DNA from: an uncultured Rhodospirillaceae bacterium
GTDB lineage: Bacteria; Pseudomonadota; Alphaproteobacteria; Ferrovibrionales; Ferrovibrionaceae
NCBI GenBank assembly: GCA_964429465.1
Contig: CAYSCA010000002.1
Span: forward strand, 7,702-71,701
Direction of reading: 5' to 3'
DNA: 64,000 bases
Below, piece after piece: positions 57,598-64,000 of this stretch; the stretch's first letter is position 1; each line of letters starts with the position of its first letter. Both the position numbers and the translations under genes were made by a program. The notes beneath the pieces were generated by a model. That model saw only the letters and a list, made by a program, of their open reading frames with translations, was not told the DNA's origin and searched no databases.

Positions 57598-59070
57598 TCA
57601 GTTGGCCCAAGGCAGCGGTTTGCCGCTGAGGTCCCAGTAAAGGCTTTTCTGGGTCATGTAGGCGCGCAGACCTTCCAGCGCTTTCTCACGGCCCATGCCG
57701 CTGTCCTTATTGCCGCCGAAGGGAGTGGCAATGCTGAACAGCTTGTAAGTGTTGATCCAGATCGTGCCTGCATCGACCGCGCGTGCAATGCGCCAGGCGC
57801 GACGGTAATCGGCCGTCCAGATGCCGCAGGCAAGGCCGTAAATGCTGTCATTCGCTTGGACGATGAGATCGTCTTCGCTGTCGAACGGCAGCAGCACGCC
57901 GACCGGACCGAAGATTTCCTCCTGCGCTGTGCGGCAGCTGTTATCCAGCCCCTCGATCAGCGCCGGCTGGAAGTAGTTGCCGTCCCGCAACTCGCGGGAC
58001 TGCGGTATGTCACCGCCGCAGAGAATCCGGCCGCCTTCCTGTTTCGCCAACTCGACGTATCCGAGCACCTTGTTGCGATGCTCGCGCGAGATCAGCGGGC
58101 CTATCTGTGTCGCGGTGTCGATCGGATTGCCGATCCGCAATGCCTGGGTGCGGCGAACGAGCTGATCCACGAAACTGGCGTAGATACTGCGTTCCACGAA
58201 AATCCGTGAGCCCGCGATGCAGGACTGCCCCTGGCTGGAGAAGATGCCGAACAGCACGCCATTGACGGCTTGCCCGATATCGGCATCGGCGCAGACGATG
58301 TTCGGGGATTTGCCGCCGAGCTCGAGCGAAACCGGCATGAGTTTCTCCGCCGCGACGCGCCCGATCGTCCGGCCGGTCACCGTACCTCCCGTGAAGGTCA
58401 CCTTGCGAATCCCCGGATGCGCGACCAATGCCGCGCCGGTGGTCGCGCCGGTTCCCGGCAGCACGCTGAGCAGGCCTTTGGGCAGGCCGGCTTCCTCGGC
58501 GAGTTTGGCCAGTTCGAGGGCCAGCAGCGGAGTGAGTTCCGACGGCTTGACGAGCACGGCGTTTCCGGCGGCCAGTGCCGGCGCGATCTTCTGTGCTTCG
58601 CTGGCTATGGGTGAATTCCACGGTGTGATGGCAGCAACCGGGCCGAGCGGTTCATAGATGCTCATCGAGAGATAATCCCCGCGAGCCGGGGTCAGTTCGC
58701 CTCCGAGTGTTTCGCAGGCCGCCGCAAAGTAGCGGAAAGTGCCGACAGCGCTGGCGACCAGAGCGCGGGTTTCATTGATCGGCTTGCCGTTGTCCTGGCG
58801 CTGCAGCTGAGCCAGACGTTCGGCATCGCGTTCGATCAGTGCGGCGATCTTGTGCAGCAGCTGCGCTCGCTGATGCGCCAGCATGTTGCGCCAGGCAGGT
58901 TCGACCATGGCGCCCTGCGCGCGCGCGACGGCTTCCGCGACATCCCCAGCGTCGGCGGTCGAGACGACCGCGTTGATGCTGTTGTCATGCGGATTGCGGG
59001 TTTCCAAAGGTTTGCCGCGGCCGGTGCGCCATTCACCGCCGAGATAGAGGGGGAGGGAAGTCATGGCCAA
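57598..59070 (-). CDS. NAD(P)-dependent aldehyde dehydrogenase
   Basis: 490 aa. 'FTGGTVTGR', 'ELGGKSP', 'FSSQGQSCIAGSR' (catalytic Cys motif). Confidence 0.9.
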   Translation of the reverse strand: MAMTSLPLYLGGEWRTGRGKPLETRNPHDNSINAVVSTADAGDVAEAVARAQGAMVEPAWRNMLAHQRAQLLHKIAALIERDAERLAQLQRQDNGKPINETRALVASAVGTFRYFAAACETLGGELTPARGDYLSMSIYEPLGPVAAITPWNSPIASEAQKIAPALAAGNAVLVKPSELTPLLALELAKLAEEAGLPKGLLSVLPGTGATTGAALVAHPGIRKVTFTGGTVTGRTIGRVAAEKLMPVSLELGGKSPNIVCADADIGQAVNGVLFGIFSSQGQSCIAGSRIFVERSIYASFVDQLVRRTQALRIGNPIDTATQIGPLISREHRNKVLGYVELAKQEGGRILCGGDIPQSRELRDGNYFQPALIEGLDNSCRTAQEEIFGPVGVLLPFDSEDDLIVQANDSIYGLACGIWTADYRRAWRIARAVDAGTIWINTYKLFSIATPFGGNKDSGMGREKALEGLRAYMTQKSLYWDLSGKPLPWAN

Positions 59071-59172
59071 CCTGCTCCTGCTGAATCCGCTTTACAAAAG
59101 CGTATCGAAACCTTAGCCTGTTTTAAATAAGAAATGACGTTTCGTATATGAAACAAAGAGGGTGAAATTGAG

Positions 59173-59502
59173 ATGGCCGAGGCCGCCGCAGAAACCATGT
59201 TGCTTACTGTGTTCCTGCGGCACGACCAGTCGAACAATCTCGATGCCATCCAGACCAAGCTGAAAGACGCAGAATGGTGGGACCGTTTCCCGCCTGCCGG
59301 CGTGGAGATCGTCTCCTGGTATGTCGCCATGGGCTTCGGGCAGATCGTGACGTTGCGACTCCCGCCGTCCAAGCTGGGCGAAGTAAATGTCGAACTGGAA
59401 CGCTCGGCCTGGGGCGTTTTCCGCACGGAATGCATGCCGGCCTACGATTTCCTGCCGGTGCGCGAGCGAATCAAGGACCGCGTTCGCAAGGGAGGCAAGT
59501 GA
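59173..59502 (+). CDS. hypothetical protein
   Basis: 109-aa ORF after GAGGGTGAAATTGAG. Coding-like composition. Its stop overlaps the next ATG (TGATG). Confidence 0.5.
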   Translation: MAEAAAETMLLTVFLRHDQSNNLDAIQTKLKDAEWWDRFPPAGVEIVSWYVAMGFGQIVTLRLPPSKLGEVNVELERSAWGVFRTECMPAYDFLPVRERIKDRVRKGGK

Positions 59503-59726
59503 TGCAGCCGCAGCAGCTATATCTCAATCCGCACCAGACCCGTGAGCGTGAGCCGGATGCCTATGAGAACTTGCTGGGCGACGCCATCGAGCGCTGCTAT
59601 GCGCAGGGCGTCCATGATCTCGATGGCCTGGTGGCCCGCCTCAACGAGAATTGCGTGCCGGCCCCAGGCGGGCAACCCTGGACGCCGGAATTGTTCAAGC
59701 AGGAAATGAAGCGTCTCGGCGCCTGA
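59502..59726 (+). CDS. hypothetical small protein (74 aa)
   Basis: ATG 59502 follows GGGAGG ('MQPQQLYLNPHQTREREPDAYENLLGDAIERCYAQGVHDLDGLVARLNEN...'). Sits 16 nt upstream of the Rieske oxygenase gene. Confidence 0.5.
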   Translation: MQPQQLYLNPHQTREREPDAYENLLGDAIERCYAQGVHDLDGLVARLNENCVPAPGGQPWTPELFKQEMKRLGA

Positions 59727-59742
59727 TCCGCGGAGTGAAGCG

Positions 59743-60774
59743 ATGACCAGCGTGAATGAAGCAGCCGTTGAAAATCTGCTGGTGAAGGGCATCCGGAACC
59801 TCTGGTATCCGATCTGCCCCTCCAGCTTTGTCGCCGACAAGCCGGTCTCGTTACGGCGGCTGGGCTACAAGATGGTGCTGTGGCGCGAGCGCGATGGCAG
59901 CGTGAATGCCCTGGAAGATCATTGTCCGCATCGCGGTGCACCGCTGTCGCTTGGGATGGTGATGGATGACCGTCTCGCCTGCGGCTACCACGGCGTGCAG
60001 GTGCGCAAGGACGGTGTCGCCGTTTCCGTGCCTGGCAGCCCGGGTTGCAAGCTCGAAGGCATGAAATGCGTCAAGGTCTTCCCGACCCAGGAGCGCAACG
60101 GCGTCATTTTCGCCTATGTCGGTGACGAGCAGCATCCCGATCCCGTCGAGATGAAGCTGCCGGAAGAGCTGACATCCGACGAGTTCAGTTCCTTCCTCTG
60201 CTACACCGAATGGGCCGGCGACTACCGCTATGTGTATGACAATGTCATGGACCCCATGCATGGCACGTATCTGCACAAGCAGTCGCATTCCATGTCGTTC
60301 GGCGAAACCACGGCGAAATTCCAGATCCGGGATACCAATACGGGGTTCGTGTTCGAAAAGGTCGGGCAGCGTAACGTCAATTTCGACTGGACCGAGTTCG
60401 GCGATACCGGGATTCACTGGCTTCGCCTCGAGATTCCATATCCGCCGACCGGCGGACCCGGCGGCAATTTCCACATCGTCGGCATGTATACGCCGATCGC
60501 CCCGAATGTCTCGGCCGTCTTCCACTGGCGCTGCCGCAAGGTGAGCGGCTGGCAGCGCGATGCCTGGCGTTTTCTGTACAAGAACCGTCTCGAGGCGCGC
60601 CACTGGGCGGTGCTGGAGCAGGATCGCGTCATGCTCGAGCAGTTCGAGCCCGATGCCAACAAGCGCGAGATCCTTTATCAGCACGATATGGGCCTCGTCC
60701 GCCTGCGCCGCTACTTCCGCAACAAGGCAGAGGCACAGTTGCAGGCGATGGAAGTGGCCGGACACGCGGACTGA
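59743..60774 (+). CDS. Rieske [2Fe-2S] non-heme iron oxygenase, VanA/phthalate-family (class IA) oxygenase component
   Basis: 'CPHRGAPLSLGMVMDDRLACGYHG' Rieske motif. 343 aa. 'DPMHGTYLH' iron-site-like region. Confidence 0.85.
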   Translation: MTSVNEAAVENLLVKGIRNLWYPICPSSFVADKPVSLRRLGYKMVLWRERDGSVNALEDHCPHRGAPLSLGMVMDDRLACGYHGVQVRKDGVAVSVPGSPGCKLEGMKCVKVFPTQERNGVIFAYVGDEQHPDPVEMKLPEELTSDEFSSFLCYTEWAGDYRYVYDNVMDPMHGTYLHKQSHSMSFGETTAKFQIRDTNTGFVFEKVGQRNVNFDWTEFGDTGIHWLRLEIPYPPTGGPGGNFHIVGMYTPIAPNVSAVFHWRCRKVSGWQRDAWRFLYKNRLEARHWAVLEQDRVMLEQFEPDANKREILYQHDMGLVRLRRYFRNKAEAQLQAMEVAGHAD

Positions 60775-60788
60775 CGAACGCCAGAGAC

Positions 60789-61763
60789 ATGAGCGCGACG
60801 CCCGACCCGACCCATCCGCCCGAGCCCTTCCCGGTGCGCGTTCGCCGCATCGAGTGGGAAGCCGAAGGCGTGATCAGCGTCGAGTTGCAGCGGCCCGATG
60901 GCGAGCCCTTGCCAGTGTTCAGCGCCGGCGCCCATATCGATATTCATCTGCCGAATGGCCTGACCCGCAGCTACTCCCTTCTGAGCGATCAGTCGGACCA
61001 GCAGCGCTATGTCGTCGGCGTCGGCCTGGATGCCGCGAGCCGTGGCGGCTCGACCTACATGCATAGCCAGCTGCGGGCGGGGCAGATCATCCAGATCACC
61101 GGCCCGCGCAATCACTTTCCGCTGGTTGAGGATGCCGAAAAGGTCGTGCTGATCGCCGGCGGCATCGGCATCACGCCGCTCTATGCCATGATGCGCCGCC
61201 TCAGGGCACTGAACCGCAATTTCGAACTGCATTACGCGACCCGAAACCGGACGCGCATGGCGTTTCTGCCGCAGTTGCAGCAGCTCGGGGCCGTGCATCC
61301 TCATTGCGACGACGAGCGGGGTGGGCCGCTGGATCTCGCGGCCGTCATCCGGCAGCAACCGGCCGGCACGCATTTCTACTGCTGCGGCCCGACTCCGATG
61401 CTGACCGCCTTCGAGCAGGCTACCGCGGGCTTGCCGGCCGAGACCGTTCATGTGGAATATTTCTCGCCCAAGCCGCAGGACCCGAATGCCGAAACCAGCA
61501 CGTTCACGGTCGTGCTAGCCCGCAGCGGCAAGGAATATGTCATTCCGGCCGACAAGACGATCCTCGAGGTGCTGACTCATCAGGGCATGAAGCTCGACAG
61601 TTCCTGCCAGGATGGCATCTGCGGCACCTGCGAGACCCGTGTGCTTGAAGGCCTGCCGGATCATCGTGATTCGGTGCTGACCAAGGCCGAGCAGGAAGCC
61701 AACAAGTCGATGATGATCTGCGTCTCGCGCTGCAAGGGCGGGCGCCTGGTACTGGATCTGTGA
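60789..61763 (+). CDS. PDR/VanB-family oxidoreductase (FMN/NAD-binding + plant-type 2Fe-2S)
   Basis: 'RSYSL', 'IAGGIGITPL', C-terminal 'CQDGICGTCETRVLEG'. Confidence 0.9.
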   Translation: MSATPDPTHPPEPFPVRVRRIEWEAEGVISVELQRPDGEPLPVFSAGAHIDIHLPNGLTRSYSLLSDQSDQQRYVVGVGLDAASRGGSTYMHSQLRAGQIIQITGPRNHFPLVEDAEKVVLIAGGIGITPLYAMMRRLRALNRNFELHYATRNRTRMAFLPQLQQLGAVHPHCDDERGGPLDLAAVIRQQPAGTHFYCCGPTPMLTAFEQATAGLPAETVHVEYFSPKPQDPNAETSTFTVVLARSGKEYVIPADKTILEVLTHQGMKLDSSCQDGICGTCETRVLEGLPDHRDSVLTKAEQEANKSMMICVSRCKGGRLVLDL

Positions 61764-61772
61764 GGTGGCGTC

Positions 61773-62732
61773 ATGAGCATCCAGGGAATTGATCGCATCA
61801 CCTACGGCGTCGAAGACCTCGCCGCCTGCCGCAAATTCTTCCTCGACTGGGGCCTCCAGCTGGTTCGCGAGGACGGTAAGGGTTTCGATTTTGAAAGCCT
61901 CAATGGCTGCGAGATTTTCGTCCGACTGAAGGACGATCCCTTGTTGCCGCCCGCTTTTGAGGGTGGTCCGACCCTGCGTCAGGTCATCTGGAGCGCCGAA
62001 AGCCAGGCTGACCTTGATGCTGCCCGTCCGGTGCTCAGTCAGGCGCCAGGTTTTTCCGAGAGCGATGGCACGCTGTTTGCGGTTGATCCGAATGGCATGG
62101 GCATGGGAATCCGCGTCTCGCGCAAACGGCCGGTTGAAATCCTTGGTGCGGCCAGCAACAGCTGGGGGCGTGCTCACCGCGTCGACATGCCGAGCCCGGT
62201 CTATGATCGCGCCGAGCCCATTGAAGTGGGGCACGTCGTCTTCTTCACCGACGCGCTGGATGCGACGACCGCCTTCTACGAAAAGCTCGGCTTCTGCCTG
62301 TCGGACCGTTATCCCGGCCGGGGCCATTTCCTGCGCTGTTCGCAACGCGGCGGGCATCACGATCTCTTCCTGCTGCAGACGCCCGAGGCGAAGCGCGGCC
62401 TCAATCACATCGCCTTCACGGTGCGTGACATTCACGAGGTATTCGGCGGCGGTTTGCATATTTCACGCTGCGGCTGGGAAACCCAGCTCGGGCCGGGCCG
62501 TCACCCGATCTCCTCAGCCTACTTCTGGTACTTCAAGAACCCCGCCGGTGCCCTGGTCGAATATTACGCCGATGAGGACGTGCTGACAGAGAACTGGAAG
62601 CCCCGCGATTTCGAGCCCGGACCGACGGTCTTTGCCGAATGGGCTGTGGCAGGGGGCATCGATGGCACTACACGCCGGCAAAAAAGCGGTGCACCCGGCG
62701 CCGACGGCAAGTTCCTGACGGAGAAACGCTGA
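61773..62732 (+). CDS. VOC-family (glyoxalase/extradiol dioxygenase-like) protein, two-domain
   Basis: 319 aa. 'IDRITYGVEDL' and 'LNHIAFTVRDI' are VOC beta-alpha-beta-beta-beta starts. Confidence 0.75.
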   Translation: MSIQGIDRITYGVEDLAACRKFFLDWGLQLVREDGKGFDFESLNGCEIFVRLKDDPLLPPAFEGGPTLRQVIWSAESQADLDAARPVLSQAPGFSESDGTLFAVDPNGMGMGIRVSRKRPVEILGAASNSWGRAHRVDMPSPVYDRAEPIEVGHVVFFTDALDATTAFYEKLGFCLSDRYPGRGHFLRCSQRGGHHDLFLLQTPEAKRGLNHIAFTVRDIHEVFGGGLHISRCGWETQLGPGRHPISSAYFWYFKNPAGALVEYYADEDVLTENWKPRDFEPGPTVFAEWAVAGGIDGTTRRQKSGAPGADGKFLTEKR

Positions 62733-63517
62733 TGGCGCAGATCAGGCTCGAATTCCGCAATGTCGTGAAGCGCTTTCCGGCGCAGCATCGTCATGCGGAG
62801 CCGGTGACGGCAGTTGAGGATGTGACACTCTCCGTCGGCGACGGCGAGGTGGTTTCGATCATCGGCCCGTCCGGCTGCGGCAAGAGCACGCTGCTGAACA
62901 TGGCCTCCGGCCTGGATCCTGCGACGGAAGGGGAAGTCTATGTCGATGGCGAGCGCGTTACCAGGCCGAACGAGCATGTCGCCTTCATGCTGCAGAAGGA
63001 TCTGCTGCTGCCCTGGCGCACGATCCGCGAGAATGTCGAACTTGGGCTGGAAATTCAGGGGCGTTCCGCGCAGGAACGCCACCAGATTGCCGAGGGCCTG
63101 CTGGTGAAGTGCCGGCTGCAGGATTTCGTCCATCATTTTCCGCACCAGCTTTCCGGTGGCATGCGGCAGCGCGCGGCACTGGCGCGCACGCTGGCGGTCG
63201 ATCCGGCCGTATTGCTGATGGACGAGCCGTTTTCGGCGCTGGACGCCCAGACGAAAATGGTGCTGCAGCAGGATCTCGGTCGCACGCTGGCCGATGCGGG
63301 GAAAACCGCGCTGTTCATCACTCATGATCTGGCCGAAGCGATCGCATTGTCCGACCGCGTTCTCGTGATGAGCCAGCGGCCAGGCACCATCATCGAAGAG
63401 ATCAGGATCGACATCGGCGACCGCGACAACCCGATGGAGCGGCGCAAGAGTCCGAAAGTCGGGCCTTACGTTTCGGCGTTGATGGAACTTCTGCATATCG
63501 AGCAGGTCGCAGCCTGA
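62732..63517 (+). CDS. ABC transporter ATP-binding protein (NitT/TauT family)
   Basis: ATG 62732 overlaps the upstream TGA. 'GPSGCGKST', 'LSGGMRQR', 'LLMDEPFSALD'. Confidence 0.9.
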   Translation: MAQIRLEFRNVVKRFPAQHRHAEPVTAVEDVTLSVGDGEVVSIIGPSGCGKSTLLNMASGLDPATEGEVYVDGERVTRPNEHVAFMLQKDLLLPWRTIRENVELGLEIQGRSAQERHQIAEGLLVKCRLQDFVHHFPHQLSGGMRQRAALARTLAVDPAVLLMDEPFSALDAQTKMVLQQDLGRTLADAGKTALFITHDLAEAIALSDRVLVMSQRPGTIIEEIRIDIGDRDNPMERRKSPKVGPYVSALMELLHIEQVAA

Positions 63518-63546
63518 ACTGCGGAAATGGAGAAAAGGGGAGAAAT

Positions 63547-64000
63547 ATGATGACGCGTAAGATGATTCTCGGAGGCTTGGCCTCGATCGGATTGGCCGCA
63601 ACGCTTGTGGCCGCACCGGTGCGCGCAGAAGACGTGACCTATCTGCTCCCCGCACCTCAGGTTCTGCCTGCCTTCGGGCCCTGGATGGTTGCGCAGCAGC
63701 GCGGCTACTTCAAGGCAGAGGGCCTGAACGTGACTTTCCAGATCGCCAAGGGCGGCGTCGACGTGGCCAAGCAGGTCGGCGCCGGCAATGCGGTGATCGG
63801 CGGCGCAATCGGCGATACGCCGATCCTGGTTCGCCCCAACGGCGTGCCGGTGAAATCGGTCGCAGTTATCGGCGGCCGTTCACTGATGCAGCTGGTCATC
63901 AACAAGGACAAGGTCAAGTCGATTAAGGATTTGAAGGGCAAGACCATCACCACGATGGCCTATCAGGACACCACGTTCTTCGCGCTGCTCGGCATGTTGG
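63547..64000 (+). CDS. ABC transporter substrate-binding protein (NMT1/THI5-like), 3' end outside window
   Basis: GGAGAAAAGGGGAG RBS. 'MMTRKMILGGLASIGLAATLVAAPVRA' signal peptide. The frame is open to the window end. Confidence 0.75.
   Translation, partial: MMTRKMILGGLASIGLAATLVAAPVRAEDVTYLLPAPQVLPAFGPWMVAQQRGYFKAEGLNVTFQIAKGGVDVAKQVGAGNAVIGGAIGDTPILVRPNGVPVKSVAVIGGRSLMQLVINKDKVKSIKDLKGKTITTMAYQDTTFFALLGML

Overview
High-GC window (spot counts about 60-67% GC), Rhizobiales-like by gene content. I cannot name the organism. By eye I found no rRNA, CRISPR array, transposase or integrase. The window splits into four blocks.

(1) 1-21931: a partial class III cyclase gene, then a ~21 kb divergon centred on the 13295-13471 intergenic region.
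- The minus arm chains four glycosyltransferases, a histidine phosphatase, a NodB-like deacetylase and a small membrane protein to a complete Opp/Yej-type ABC importer.
- The plus arm encodes an ABC-exporter-fold protein with degenerate ATPase motifs and a triplicated helical subdomain. It continues with a stand-alone cNMP-binding protein, a small methyltransferase, a 710-aa flavoprotein, a DmpA-type peptidase and an orphan family-5 binding protein.
- The plus arm ends at a strong bidirectional terminator.

(2) 21950-23482: a lipoprotein gene and tRNA-Arg(ACG).

(3) 23612-47242: a ~24 kb Wzx/Wzy-type polysaccharide locus directly next to the tRNA.
- Assembly genes: a PCP/BY-kinase fused to an isochorismatase-like domain, a priming phosphoglycosyltransferase, GT26/GT2/GT4 transferases, Wzx, Wzy, a deacetylase and a PAP2 phosphatase.
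- Sugar-modification genes: a CDP-hexose branch with four methyltransferases, two of them of the C-methyltransferase type.
- Other genes: two candidate regulators and two paralogous beta-helix (glycanase-like) proteins, one carrying three 117-aa tandem repeats.
- Three divergent promoter regions of this locus share a conspicuous (GAAAA)n / (TTTTC)n tract.

(4) 47288-64000: an aromatic-type catabolic region. It holds a CoA-transferase, a TRAP transporter, two LysR regulators, an amidohydrolase, a bicupin, a hydrolase, an SDR, an ALDH, a Rieske oxygenase with its reductase, a VOC dioxygenase and the start of an ABC importer.

The most interesting candidates for undescribed biology:
- the pseudo-ABC/cNMP/glycosyltransferase divergon;
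- the BY-kinase-isochorismatase fusion;
- the recurring pentanucleotide-tract promoter element.

All functional calls are family-level recognition from translated motifs. No database search or computation was run.
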